A DNA stretch of 59,327 nucleotides, taken from positions 1 to 59,327 of IMG/VR virus record IMGVR_UViG_3300027741_000070; one strand, written 5' to 3'. This document shows positions 34,751 to 44,017 of this stretch, piece by piece. Numbering within the stretch: position 1 is the first letter of the stretch; each line of letters starts with the position of its first letter. The position numbers and the translations under genes were made by a program. The notes beneath the pieces are model-generated. The model searched no databases. It saw only the letters and a list, made by a program, of their open reading frames with translations, and was not told where the DNA came from. The stretch is from a virus. Lineage: Duplodnaviria > Caudoviricetes.

Positions 34751-36445
34751 CTACAAATAATCTTCGTAGTACGAGCCTGTAGCTTTTTCATACTTGAGGT
34801 TGGTTTCGCCAACCTTGCCCACCCAACGCCAGCGGCACTTCCACACTTTAATCAGGACGTTGTTAGCTTCTTGACGATGCACGGTGAGTCCGCAATCTGC
34901 CTTAGCCCACCACGCCATCGAGCCAGCAACGCTCATGCCGTCAGGAACAGGCATATCGTCACCCATCCTTAACATCTTGGCAGGGTGAGCCACAAACCAA
35001 ATGTGTACACCAGCAGACTTTGCGAACGCCTGAACCTTTGTCAGCATCTTCGAGATGGCATCGGTCTCCGTGCCTTCGCGCTGCAAGTTGATGAAGTTGT
35101 AGGGGTCAATCACAAGCCCGCGAATACCCAGCCGTTGAACTGCGCTTTGGGCGCGGTCAAGAATGCTTTCAATCGTGTTCTCACTGTTCTGGCTGTCAAG
35201 GAACACAAAGTGTTCTTTGACAAATTGCATGGCGACATTACGGTCTTCTTCCGTCATGCGTGGCGTAATGCCAGCGAAGAAAGGCTTCTTCAGATAAAGC
35301 TCGCAGAGCTTCGCAATATGCAGCGGAGGCGGGTTCTCGAACGAACAAATGGCGAACTTCCAGTCCTTGCACATGGCCAGATTGGTAAGAATCTGGTCAA
35401 CGAAGTTGGACTTACCTGAAGACGGATACCCGGTGACGATTGTTACTTGGCCGGGTACTACCGTGTAAAGCTCATCGACATTCGTATAGCCTGTCGATTC
35501 CCCGCTGCCAAAACCCTTGTTGTACAAGTCGGCAACGGCGTCGGCGTACTCTGAAGCATCGAACAAACCATCAATCGGATAAGGGGCGGCGTCTTCAACG
35601 AGTTCTTTAACCCTGTCCGAACCGTACTTGGTAAGCACATCGTTAAGGTCTTTGCACCCTTCTGGGTAGGAGATTACTCTGCACTTTGCCTTGCCAATCC
35701 GGCGGGCCAATTCTTCTTTGAGAGCCGTGCCAGCGATGTCGCCATCCGATGCAATCACGATGTATGGCGCTGCATTGATTTGTTTGTTGGCATCCCAAAC
35801 GAAGCTGAACTTGCGGTCTTCGGTTGGGTCAACACGGCCTTCGCTTACCTTGATTGGAGCGCCGCTCGGTACGGAAAGGACGTTCTTAACGCCAGCCTCG
35901 ATACAAGTAAGCGCATCAATCTCGCCCTCGACAATCACAATCGGGAGCGTCGTGTCCAAGTCATCTAACAGATAAAAGATTTGGTCGCCGCTCGTTTCCT
36001 GCGAAAAACCTTTCTGCTCAATGCTCCGGTACTTGATGTTTACAACATTGCCGCCGCGCATATATGGGAAGGCGATACATGAAACCTCGCCACCAACCTT
36101 CTGAATGTAACGACTGGTTGAGTAAAGATTTGCAGACTTTGCTGTTTGTTCTGAAATGCCGCGACTATTTAAATACGAAATTGCCTTTGGAGTCAATGAG
36201 TTACCGATAGGTTTTTCGATGGCTGACATGGCTTTCCTCGGGGTGAACTGGCGATAAGGTGACATCCCTGACCAACCGCAATGGTGACAAGTCCAGACAA
36301 TTCCATTGTCTTTGCGGTCAATGCTCAGGCACGTTTCTTTAGACTTCTTCCGCTCGGGTGAGCATGAAGGGCAAATGGTGCGGGCATGGTCACGATGCCC
36401 CAGCAGGGCAAGGACTTCGCCCGACAGGTCGGACAGAGCGCTCAT
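34751..36445 (-). CDS. Primase-helicase (T7 gp4/Twinkle-like)
   Basis: N-terminal CxxC...CxxC zinc domain, TOPRIM (IVEGEIDAL, DGDIAG, CKDLND), SF4 helicase (TGYPSSGKS, LVIDPY, VAHP). Confidence 0.93.
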   Translation of the reverse strand: MSALSDLSGEVLALLGHRDHARTICPSCSPERKKSKETCLSIDRKDNGIVWTCHHCGWSGMSPYRQFTPRKAMSAIEKPIGNSLTPKAISYLNSRGISEQTAKSANLYSTSRYIQKVGGEVSCIAFPYMRGGNVVNIKYRSIEQKGFSQETSGDQIFYLLDDLDTTLPIVIVEGEIDALTCIEAGVKNVLSVPSGAPIKVSEGRVDPTEDRKFSFVWDANKQINAAPYIVIASDGDIAGTALKEELARRIGKAKCRVISYPEGCKDLNDVLTKYGSDRVKELVEDAAPYPIDGLFDASEYADAVADLYNKGFGSGESTGYTNVDELYTVVPGQVTIVTGYPSSGKSNFVDQILTNLAMCKDWKFAICSFENPPPLHIAKLCELYLKKPFFAGITPRMTEEDRNVAMQFVKEHFVFLDSQNSENTIESILDRAQSAVQRLGIRGLVIDPYNFINLQREGTETDAISKMLTKVQAFAKSAGVHIWFVAHPAKMLRMGDDMPVPDGMSVAGSMAWWAKADCGLTVHRQEANNVLIKVWKCRWRWVGKVGETNLKYEKATGSYYEDYL

Positions 36446-36690
36446 TTATTTTTTTTGGAACGGTTTGAACTGGCGGTCTTCATACGAAGGTTTGACTTCG
36501 TGTTGCTACCGCCCTTTGATAGCGGGATGACATGGTCAACATCCATGCCGTCTCCCTTCTTGGCAGAGCCTTCCCGAATCTTCTGACGGCGGGCGGCATT
36601 TCGTTTTGCTCGATTCTTCTTCTGTTCTTCTGTGCTGTGGTACTCGGCGTACTCTTTATCGTATGGACGTTTCTTCGTGACGTATGGCAT
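36442..36690 (-). CDS. Small HNH endonuclease
   Basis: DVDHVIPLSKGGSN...NLR...SNR; start MPYVTKKR. Confidence 0.8.
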   Translation of the reverse strand: MPYVTKKRPYDKEYAEYHSTEEQKKNRAKRNAARRQKIREGSAKKGDGMDVDHVIPLSKGGSNTKSNLRMKTASSNRSKKNK

Positions 36691-37051
36691 TTTCTTCAAC
36701 CCATGAGTACCAGAATCGGATGGCTTCTTTAAGGTGTTCTGCGGTGGACCCAAGATAGACTGTCTCGGAGCCATTTAACAACCAAAGCCCCGTCACGTTC
36801 AGTCCATCATCTGTGTCGCCGTGAACAATTAAAACGCGCCAATCGGGCTTCCTCGAAAGGGCTTCGAGCATCAGTCTTTGACCAATGCTAAACCTTTCGT
36901 TGGGACGTTTCCATTCGGCACATAGGCAGTATCCTCTGCGCTCTATGACCATGTCAAGGTCGCTTGGAAGTAGTTTGGGGTTGCTTGGGATGATGCCTAC
37001 GAACGCCTCAAAGTCTATGTGACGAGCGTCCTGATTGCGTAAAAGACTCAC
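36656..37051 (-). CDS. PD-(D/E)XK-like hypothetical protein (start probably GTG 37051)
   Basis: PSDLDMVIER...AEWK...GQRLML motif. Confidence 0.6.
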   Translation of the reverse strand: MSLLRNQDARHIDFEAFVGIIPSNPKLLPSDLDMVIERRGYCLCAEWKRPNERFSIGQRLMLEALSRKPDWRVLIVHGDTDDGLNVTGLWLLNGSETVYLGSTAEHLKEAIRFWYSWVEENAIRHEETSIR

Positions 37052-37129
37052 TTGAAATCCCCTATGCGATGGGCAGGTTGTAACACTTAGTGTGTTAAAT
37101 TTAAAGCACTTTATTGATGGAGTTGCCCC

Positions 37130-37303
37130 ATGAGCCTCGAACAAATTCTTAGCGATATGGTGGGTCGCACCATCATTGATGTCGGCACTGAAGACGACGA
37201 ACTGATGATTAGCTTAGACGACGGAGTCGTCATTTGGGTCTATGTCGAGGACGAAGAACTCGTGATGTCTGTCAGTCACGAGGAGAAAAAACCTCCACAA
37301 TGA
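37130..37303 (+). CDS. 57-aa acidic protein (not in ORF track)
   Basis: GGAG RBS; MSLEQILSDMVGRTIIDVGTEDDELMISLDDG... Confidence 0.55.
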   Translation: MSLEQILSDMVGRTIIDVGTEDDELMISLDDGVVIWVYVEDEELVMSVSHEEKKPPQ

Positions 37304-38456
37304 CCGGATTCACCATCACTCTAGCGTACTCCCCCAGCTTGGAGTGGTAGGTAATACATTGTGCGTCACGCTGGCTGCGGTAGCCAGAGACGTGAGCGTA
37401 CAAGTCATTCGGCTGTAAGACTCGATGAGTCTCCACCGCTACCCCCGGCTCATCTTTTAAAGTCTTGTGATGCACATGACCCATGTGTGCGTACCGAAAC
37501 TTTGTCTGCCCCCACATCTCTGACTCGTCTGATGCCATCACGCCTTGGATAGCGTTCGACTTTGTTGTGTCTCCATGAGTGGCGGCAAGCATCACATCCC
37601 CATGTTTATGAAAGTAAAATTTGTTGGGAGATGTTTCGATATGAACCCTTGGCTCATCTTCGTAAGCAACCTGAAGCCAAAGGCTTAAATCAATTGCAGA
37701 GTAATCATCGTGGTTGCCTTGGATGTTCCAGACAATTACCTTCTTGTGCTTCTTTAGCGCCATCTCAATCATGGCGCGAAGAATTTTGAAACCAACAACG
37801 CGAACCTTCTGGTAACGCCCATCGACTGATAAAGGATGCCCGCTTCGCAGAGTAATGTTCCTGCCGTCATCGGCGTGATAATAGTCGCCGAGGTTTAGGA
37901 TGATTGCTGTCTCTGCCGCAGGTGAGCGATTGACCAAATCGGCGTGGGCCGTGGTGAACAAATTGATGCTGGAGTTAAGGTCGTGATTCTCTCCAGTTTC
38001 TTCTGCCCATGTGCGTAAACCGACGTGCGGGTCTCCAAAAATGTAACAGTTCAGTAATAATGGGCTAACTGCTTCGTTCAGCTTTGTTGGTTGCGCCCTT
38101 GGGATTTCATCCTTGAAGGCTTCGAGAAATGCATCTCGTATGTCTTGTTGGTTCTCATGCGCTAACGAAGACTTGACCCATTGACCTTTGACCGAACCGT
38201 CTTCCGAGTAATAGGTTGATACACCCTTCACAACAAATCCGGCTGGAACCGGATGCTTCATGTCATAGTCTGGAGCTAAACCAGATTGAGCAGCTTTCTT
38301 CTTTAATCTAGTTAAATGTTCTTGTAAAGAATCAACTCTCATACCCAATTTATTTGCTGCTTCTTGTTGACTAGATGATTTATCTAATACATCAAGAACT
38401 TCATGTTGTCTTACATTAGCAAATTCTCTTAAGTACTCATAATTAACTCTTGCCAT
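37272..38456 (-). CDS. Calcineurin-like metallophosphoesterase with N-terminal HTH
   Basis: GDPH, LGDYYH, GNHD, THGD and GHVHH metal-binding motifs. Confidence 0.85.
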   Translation of the reverse strand: MARVNYEYLREFANVRQHEVLDVLDKSSSQQEAANKLGMRVDSLQEHLTRLKKKAAQSGLAPDYDMKHPVPAGFVVKGVSTYYSEDGSVKGQWVKSSLAHENQQDIRDAFLEAFKDEIPRAQPTKLNEAVSPLLLNCYIFGDPHVGLRTWAEETGENHDLNSSINLFTTAHADLVNRSPAAETAIILNLGDYYHADDGRNITLRSGHPLSVDGRYQKVRVVGFKILRAMIEMALKKHKKVIVWNIQGNHDDYSAIDLSLWLQVAYEDEPRVHIETSPNKFYFHKHGDVMLAATHGDTTKSNAIQGVMASDESEMWGQTKFRYAHMGHVHHKTLKDEPGVAVETHRVLQPNDLYAHVSGYRSQRDAQCITYHSKLGEYARVMVNPVIVEVFSPRD

Positions 38457-38835
38457 TATTGGTCTCCAAAAGATTTAATTTAATTACTATTAAACAAAAA
38501 GCATCTATATCCATATGTATAAGATGCCCGCGCACATCTAACAGGCAAACGTCGGCGCAGTCAAGTACGAATGTCCACGGCTTGCGGCTTTGACGGTAAG
38601 CAAGTACTGGCACATCATCCTTGGCCTGCTTCTGCGCCTGCTCCCACCAGTCCTTGACAGCCAACCTCTCTTGGCGCTTTACTTCCAACTTGATTCTCCC
38701 CATGTCGATGCAGTCAGCACCACCGTACCGGCTCTGAGTAATGTTGCGTTCAAACTTCCTGCCCAGCTTCTCGCCAAGCAATGCCAAGACTTCCCGCTCA
38801 CCGGTAGCACCCTTGACACGTTGTGACTTTCCCAT
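38443..38835 (-). CDS. Holliday junction resolvase-like PD-(D/E)XK nuclease
   Basis: KGATGERE...GGAD...LEVKRQE...WWEQA...PVLAYRQSRKPW. Confidence 0.8.
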   Translation of the reverse strand: MGKSQRVKGATGEREVLALLGEKLGRKFERNITQSRYGGADCIDMGRIKLEVKRQERLAVKDWWEQAQKQAKDDVPVLAYRQSRKPWTFVLDCADVCLLDVRGHLIHMDIDAFCLIVIKLNLLETNNGKS

Positions 38836-38836
38836 A

Positions 38837-38864
38837 TTGACACCCCGCTCGAATCTGATATATT
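38837..38864 (+). promoter_or_regulatory. Candidate sigma70 promoter for the recombination operon
   Basis: TTGACA-N16-TATATT with TG extension; ATATTGACACC occurs twice (38834 and 38860). Confidence 0.5.
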
Positions 38865-38903
38865 GACACCGATGGGAACGATTGTACCCACACAGGAGAC
38901 CAC

Positions 38904-39761
38904 ATGAAGATTACAAACAAGTTTGGACTACCCCAGACTATCGTGAATGCACTCGAACGCCCGACGTACTCGAAGGGCAAGTCCGACATCTCCGTCACAG
39001 AACTCATCGCACCACCCCAGCTTGTGGCGCTGAAAAGAAAACACGCCGACGAGCTTGAGTCCGATGCCTCCGACATGGTCTGGAGCCTGTTCGGTAGCGC
39101 AGTACATACCATACTCGAACAGGGCGCTGATGAAGACCATCTGCTCGAAGAGCGTATGTATCACTCAATCCAAGGCTGGACCCTGTCCGGCGCGGTTGAT
39201 GTCCAGCGACTGCGTGATGGCGGTATCGATATTCTTGACTACAAAGTAGTCAAAGCATATGGCGTAATGAATGAAAAAATTGAATGGGAACAACAACTTA
39301 ACTGTTACGCTTACCTTGTAAGACACGCTAAGAAGATGCCTGTTCACTCGCTTGCTATCGTTGCAATTGTTCGAGACTGGTCGCGCCGTGAGGCTCAACG
39401 CTCACGCGACTACCCGCAATCTCCGGTTGTTGTCATTCCGGTCAATCGCTGGTCGGATGAAGAACAAGATGAGTTTGTTTCATCCCGCATCGACATCCAC
39501 CAAAACACTTTCGCTGCCGCTCATATCGGCGGCGACATCCAACCATGTACGCCAGCAGAGATGTGGGAAAAGCCCACGTCATGGGCGCTCATGAAAGAAG
39601 GTCGTAAGTCGGCAGTTAAGGTGCATTGGGACAAACCACCGGAAGTGCCTGACGAGAAACACTTTATTGAAGTCCGAGAGGGCGAACGCACGAGGTGCGC
39701 GTCGTTCTGCCCTGTAAATAAATTCTGCACCCAATGGAGCCAGTATGAAAAATCTGCTTAG
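38904..39761 (+). CDS. Cas4-like PD-(D/E)XK exonuclease
   Basis: GSAVH..LE, LSGAVD, ILDYK, QLNCY and a C-terminal C..FC....FC cysteine cluster. Confidence 0.85.
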   Translation: MKITNKFGLPQTIVNALERPTYSKGKSDISVTELIAPPQLVALKRKHADELESDASDMVWSLFGSAVHTILEQGADEDHLLEERMYHSIQGWTLSGAVDVQRLRDGGIDILDYKVVKAYGVMNEKIEWEQQLNCYAYLVRHAKKMPVHSLAIVAIVRDWSRREAQRSRDYPQSPVVVIPVNRWSDEEQDEFVSSRIDIHQNTFAAAHIGGDIQPCTPAEMWEKPTSWALMKEGRKSAVKVHWDKPPEVPDEKHFIEVREGERTRCASFCPVNKFCTQWSQYEKSA

Positions 39762-40455
39762 TGCATTGCAATCCGCCGCGATGAAGGTTGGATATGTCCA
39801 GAAGAAGGGCCGCAATGAATTCCAACAGTACAACTACGTCACGGAATCTGACGTGGTGGCGCAGACCCGCGAGGCATTGCTAGAGAATGACATTGTCATC
39901 ATTCCGTCTGTTGACTCCGTGTCACATGACGAGTGGGGTAACACCAACATTCTTGTCACCTACACCGTTCACCACACCGCGTCTGGCGAGAGCCTGACGT
40001 TCAAGATGGCTGGTGCAGGAAATGACCGCAACTCGAAGGGCGTCGGTGATAAGGGCATTTACAAAGCCCTGACCGGCTGCAACAAGTACGCTCTTCTTAA
40101 GGCGCTTCAACTGTCTACAGGTGATGACCCCGAGAACGAGAAAGAAGACACTAGGAATGCCCCTCCGGCTGCACCAAAGGCCGCGCCAGCGAAGCAACCC
40201 GAAGAGGTGAAGGGTGAGCCTGAGCCGTATGTTATTGAGCCGTCAAAGATGTCCAAGGACACCTTCGTGGAAGACGTGAAGAAAATTATTCTCACGTTCA
40301 TGGATGGATGTTCCACGGCGAACAATGTTCGTCGGTTCTACTCAATCAACTCCGACACCATCAAATTGATTGAAAAGCGCGACGCTGATGCTGCCGCCGA
40401 AATTGTCGCCGCCTTCAAGGCAAAGGCGCAGCAACTTGAAAAGGGAAACAAATGA
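39745..40455 (+). CDS. ERF-family single-strand annealing protein
   Basis: KKGRNEFQQYNY...DKGIYKALTGCNKYAL...TGDDPE. Confidence 0.85.
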   Translation: MKNLLSALQSAAMKVGYVQKKGRNEFQQYNYVTESDVVAQTREALLENDIVIIPSVDSVSHDEWGNTNILVTYTVHHTASGESLTFKMAGAGNDRNSKGVGDKGIYKALTGCNKYALLKALQLSTGDDPENEKEDTRNAPPAAPKAAPAKQPEEVKGEPEPYVIEPSKMSKDTFVEDVKKIILTFMDGCSTANNVRRFYSINSDTIKLIEKRDADAAAEIVAAFKAKAQQLEKGNK

Positions 40456-40733
40456 AATACGTCAACACCGGCGCACTCTGGAAACGCCAGAAGAAAAGCG
40501 ACAAAGCACCTGACATGGGCGGCGAGATTCTTTTGACGCAAGAACTGATTGATTCTTTGCCGCGTGATGAGGATGGCGACCTGCGCCTCGAAGTCAGCGC
40601 TTGGGTTCGTCAAACCGCAAAGGGAGAGTTCCTGTCACTCCGCGCAGCAAAGCCGTACAACGCCGAACAAACCAAGCCAGCGAAGCCAGTTAAGAAGGAA
40701 ATTGAAGATGATATTCCCGACCCGTGGGCCTAG
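40452..40733 (+). CDS. Putative ssDNA-binding protein
   Basis: GALWK...KAPDMGG...VSAW...FLSL with acidic C-terminal EDDIPDPW. Confidence 0.7.
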   Translation: MKYVNTGALWKRQKKSDKAPDMGGEILLTQELIDSLPRDEDGDLRLEVSAWVRQTAKGEFLSLRAAKPYNAEQTKPAKPVKKEIEDDIPDPWA

Positions 40734-40846
40734 ACGCTTCAGTGATGTAGAGGTGAGGGATTACATAAAGAAAATCTATGAATCCCCTCCGATTGATAAG
40801 GGAAACTTCATTGGAAATCTTTTCATCAAGATTGGGAAATTTCTAG

Positions 40847-41260
40847 GTGGACACCATTCAGTTTGAAGGCGTCAAGGTAGCCATCAAACAAGACCGTACT
40901 GGCTATGTGCTTACGCTATGCGTACACCCCGACAACATTCCTGAAGACCTTCTTCGGGATTTTGTTGGGGCCAGATACCAGATTGTTATGGTCAGGATTG
41001 ACGAACACGAGAGGCCATACAAACGCCCGCAAAAGAAAACGCTATCCAACACGGCGGCAATTCTTTGCAAGGACATCGACTTTCAGATGTATCTGGTCGA
41101 GTCCGGCATGGCTTGGGAAACATCAGAAAAGTCTGCCGATTCGTTTATCAAAGAGACTTGCTCGATTGATAGCAAGTCAAAACTTGATACGGATGCAGAT
41201 GCAGCAGATGTATTTAACAACATAGTTGGGGAGTTCAACGAATGGAAAAGCAACAATTAA
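40847..41260 (+). CDS. Hypothetical protein
   Basis: Open frame in the operon (GYVLTLCVHP...VGARYQIVMV). Confidence 0.7.
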   Translation: MDTIQFEGVKVAIKQDRTGYVLTLCVHPDNIPEDLLRDFVGARYQIVMVRIDEHERPYKRPQKKTLSNTAAILCKDIDFQMYLVESGMAWETSEKSADSFIKETCSIDSKSKLDTDADAADVFNNIVGEFNEWKSNN

Positions 41261-41517
41261 AGCCTTACTGCGTAATGCTCCCGGTCGGGATGATGGCGGA
41301 CATACGAGAGCAACACTCGAATGTTTCTAAGTTCATTCGCAGGGCGGTAACAAATGCCGTTCAGGGCGACAACGCTTGGAATGATGGATACAAAACCGGA
41401 CTGAGCGAAGCCGCCACATTTGTTCTTGAGAACAAAATGGCTAGGTCGTTGTTGGTTGAGGACAAGCCTTTGGCAAATGTCATGGCATTAGAAATCATGG
41501 CCAAGGTGGAGAAGTGA
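41242..41517 (+). CDS. Hypothetical protein, possible ribbon-helix-helix
   Basis: PYCVMLP...NVSKFIRRAV. Confidence 0.55.
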   Translation: MEKQQLKPYCVMLPVGMMADIREQHSNVSKFIRRAVTNAVQGDNAWNDGYKTGLSEAATFVLENKMARSLLVEDKPLANVMALEIMAKVEK

Positions 41518-41702
41518 ACTTGATTGAAAACATCGAAGACTGGTCAACCTATCTGCAAAACATCGTTAGGTTGGAGAAAGAAGCGCATCACCTCATGAAT
41601 GAAAGAAAGTATGAGGAAGCTGAAAATTTGATTGCAGAAATTGGTCACAACTCACGCATGGCGCGGGTGTGGATTTACTGTCAAGGAGATAAAAATGTCT
41701 GA
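41514..41702 (+). CDS. Hypothetical protein
   Basis: Overlap-coupled ORF. Confidence 0.6.
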   Translation: MNLIENIEDWSTYLQNIVRLEKEAHHLMNERKYEEAENLIAEIGHNSRMARVWIYCQGDKNV

Positions 41703-41880
41703 CTTTATGCAACGCCAGTATGAAACTTCACAACGTCTCATCAGTCTAATGACTAGCGATAACCAGTATCAGCGCCAACTTGCTGACCTCCGCGAGCATT
41801 ACGAAGGTCTGCTCCACGAGCGCGAACGAAAGATTGCAAAGCTGGAAGCAACCATCAAGGCAATGCAAATTCTTGCATGA
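41695..41880 (+). CDS. Small coiled-coil protein (start MSDFMQ)
   Basis: AAGGAG RBS. Confidence 0.6.
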   Translation: MSDFMQRQYETSQRLISLMTSDNQYQRQLADLREHYEGLLHERERKIAKLEATIKAMQILA

Positions 41881-42179
41881 CAAACGGCGAGAAACTAAAA
41901 GATTGGCGCCTTCAAAAAGGTTGGTCTATGGATGCCGTGGCAGCATGGTTGGGTGAAGTAACCAACAAACCAACTAGCCGCCACAGCATAAACCGTTGGG
42001 AAAAGAATAAGCGCATCCCTTACAGACTTTATGCTGAAGCCATCTACAAAATTACAGAAGGTTTGGTTGATTTCTCAAAAGAACAAAGACCTAGGTTTTT
42101 GGAAGTAAAGCCCGAAAGAGTAAGAAAACCAACGAGGACATTGAAATGCAGACAAAGTTTGAAGATTTGGAGCAGCTAG
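41877..42179 (+). CDS. XRE-family HTH DNA-binding protein
   Basis: LKDWRLQKGWSMDAVA...SINRWE...P...IYKITEGLV. Confidence 0.8.
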   Translation: MTNGEKLKDWRLQKGWSMDAVAAWLGEVTNKPTSRHSINRWEKNKRIPYRLYAEAIYKITEGLVDFSKEQRPRFLEVKPERVRKPTRTLKCRQSLKIWSS

Positions 42180-42454
42180 TACGAGAGTGGGCGTTTGCCC
42201 GAGACATCCCAACTTACTCAACCCCGCAGGCTCAATTGTTAAAAGCCGTCGAAGAACTTGGTGAGTTAGCAAGCGCAGAGTTAAAGGCCAACCACGAGGG
42301 CAGGGTAGATGGTGTGGGCGATGTGATGGTTTGTTTGATTATTTACTGTCAGATGTGGAACATGGATGTAACAAAGTGCTTGGCCCATGCGTATGAAGAA
42401 ATAAAAGACCGCAAGGGCAAGGTGATTAGCGGCGGCGCTTTCGTCAAAGAATAA
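42146..42454 (+). CDS. mazG: MazG-like nucleotide pyrophosphohydrolase
   Basis: QLLKAVEELGELA...DGVGDVMVCL...AYEEIKDRKG. Confidence 0.85.
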   Translation: MQTKFEDLEQLVREWAFARDIPTYSTPQAQLLKAVEELGELASAELKANHEGRVDGVGDVMVCLIIYCQMWNMDVTKCLAHAYEEIKDRKGKVISGGAFVKE

Positions 42455-42460
42455 GTCAAA

Positions 42461-42549
42461 GCCAGAGTGGTGAAATCGGTAGACACAGCAGACTTAAAAT
42501 CTGCCGACCATAACAGGTTGTGCCGGTTCGATTCCGGCCTCTGGCACCA
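42461..42549 (+). tRNA. tRNA-Leu (anticodon TAA)
   Basis: Acceptor GCCAGAG/CTCTGGC plus ACCA; D loop GGTAGAC; anticodon arm GCAGA-CTTAAAA-TCTGC; long variable arm; GGTTCGATTCC. Confidence 0.95.
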
Positions 42550-42559
42550 AGGAGAAATA

Positions 42560-42877
42560 ATGAACCTCGCTTTGTTGTTTGAGTTGTCACCAAAACATAT
42601 CAATTTTCAAAACACAACAAAACAATTTGTAGAAGGTTATGCAATGAGCGGTAGCCCCGACGCCAAATATAAGGTGCGGGGTAATACCGTAAGGGAAAAG
42701 ATTATTAACTTCCTTGGAGATTCTGAAGAAGAAGTTTCTACCATTGAAATTTATGACGCAATCAAAGGTAAGTACACAACCATCAAAGCCATCCTTAATC
42801 AGATGCGTAAGCGTGGTGAAATTGTGATGGTTAAACAGTGGACTGCCAACGATTGCGCCACTTGGAGATTGCCATAA
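42560..42877 (+). CDS. Winged-helix-like protein
   Basis: AGGAG RBS right after the tRNA; REKIINFL...TIEIYDAI...LNQMRKRGEI. Confidence 0.6.
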   Translation: MNLALLFELSPKHINFQNTTKQFVEGYAMSGSPDAKYKVRGNTVREKIINFLGDSEEEVSTIEIYDAIKGKYTTIKAILNQMRKRGEIVMVKQWTANDCATWRLP

Positions 42878-43101
42878 ATTGTAACAAATCCTGCAAGCCA
42901 GAAAGTTTGGTGAAACTTTTTGGCGGCAGGGAGGTCTGCACTTGGTGTCCGGACTGGGCGCTTGAGTGCGAAGCACGACGGTTACTGAAATACAAATCAG
43001 CAGACAGAGCAGAAGCACTAATGAAACGTGAAGAAATACGCGGCAAAGAAGCAACAAATGCGCTGCGTGAAATTATGACTTTGATTAAGGAAAAGAAATG
43101 A
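42838..43101 (+). CDS. Hypothetical protein (start uncertain)
   Basis: VCTWCPDWALECEARRLL motif. Confidence 0.55.
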   Translation: MDCQRLRHLEIAINCNKSCKPESLVKLFGGREVCTWCPDWALECEARRLLKYKSADRAEALMKREEIRGKEATNALREIMTLIKEKK

Positions 43102-43292
43102 CACGCGATGACATCATCCGTATGGCGGGGCATAGAGAAGTGCCTCCTTGGGTCATGAAATTGGTGATGGATTGTGTGGAAGCGGAACGTGAGGCTTGCG
43201 CGAAGGCAGTAGAAGGCTACTGCGGTGCTTGGGATGACCAAGGGTATGCCCTGACGCAAATTATCCGAGCAAGAAACAAACAAGGAGAATGA
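43098..43292 (+). CDS. Hypothetical protein
   Basis: MTRDDIIRMA...AEREACAK...IRAR pattern common in proteobacterial phages. Confidence 0.65.
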   Translation: MTRDDIIRMAGHREVPPWVMKLVMDCVEAEREACAKAVEGYCGAWDDQGYALTQIIRARNKQGE

Positions 43293-43540
43293 AAATGAAA
43301 GTAACTGTTGAGATGGATGATGATACGTTTGATTTAATTATGGTTCGGGCTTTGGAAGAACATATTAGATACTGCTATGGAGATGTTTACTATCTCGAAG
43401 AAGATGTTGAATGGAACGAAAAACTTAAACAGGCACTGTGGGTTGTGTTTGAGTACTTTGTCGGTGAAGAAAAAGCAAAGGAGTTAAAGAACCAAATGGA
43501 AGAAAAAAATGAAAATCAAACTGTACGAAGCGCCGAGTGA
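43289..43540 (+). CDS. Hypothetical protein
   Basis: AAGGAG RBS; coupled ORF. Confidence 0.6.
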   Translation: MKMKVTVEMDDDTFDLIMVRALEEHIRYCYGDVYYLEEDVEWNEKLKQALWVVFEYFVGEEKAKELKNQMEEKNENQTVRSAE

Positions 43541-43700
43541 TGTAATGATTCGCGTCCTTGACGAAGAATATAAAAAGGACAACGGAAAATATCTTGAGGT
43601 TAAATTTCATCATTTAGATGGTGCTTACAGTTATTGCACCGATGAGAACGGCAACGCAATCAACCTTGCTGCTTGGACACCCGTGGAGATTATCAAATGA
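43509..43700 (+). CDS. Hypothetical protein
   Basis: FHHLDGAYSYC motif. Confidence 0.6.
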   Translation: MKIKLYEAPSDVMIRVLDEEYKKDNGKYLEVKFHHLDGAYSYCTDENGNAINLAAWTPVEIIK

Positions 43701-43867
43701 AATTTGATGTACTTGGATGCGTTGAAACGCCCAAAGGTTTAATTGTCAGTCTTGATGTTGATGAAGAAGGTCGCCAGTATTTGTTAGAACGTGGATTTAA
43801 CGCCGTTCTTGTAAATGCAATAAAAAACTTGGAAGGTCAAGAAGTTGAGCAAAAAGTCAGCTTGTAA
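43697..43867 (+). CDS. Hypothetical protein (start MKFDVL)
   Basis: GGAG RBS; ATGA overlap. Confidence 0.55.
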   Translation: MKFDVLGCVETPKGLIVSLDVDEEGRQYLLERGFNAVLVNAIKNLEGQEVEQKVSL

Positions 43868-44015
43868 GGCAAAGCTGCGGTATGGGTCGGAAGAACTGGC
43901 AAAGCAAGCCGCTGAACGAGCGGCTGCTTTTTATACCGCCGAAATGAAAATTTACCATTGTCCAATTTGTCAGGGATGGCATACTACCAAGCGCAGTAGT
44001 TCTTCCGTGAGGTAA
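43845..44015 (+). CDS. 56-aa Zn-finger-like protein (not in ORF track)
   Basis: TTG start; C..K.RY.....A...A...IYHCPICQGWHTT motif. Confidence 0.6.
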   Translation: MSKKSACKAKLRYGSEELAKQAAERAAAFYTAEMKIYHCPICQGWHTTKRSSSSVR

Positions 44016-44017
44016 AT

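Noticed and set aside
38904-39761. CRISPR-Cas system
   Set aside because: Solo Cas4-like nuclease in a recombination operon; no repeat-spacer array or other cas genes seen.
42467-42559. N-terminal extension of the 136-aa ORF
   Set aside because: It runs through tRNA-Leu; the real start is ATG 42560 after AGGAG.
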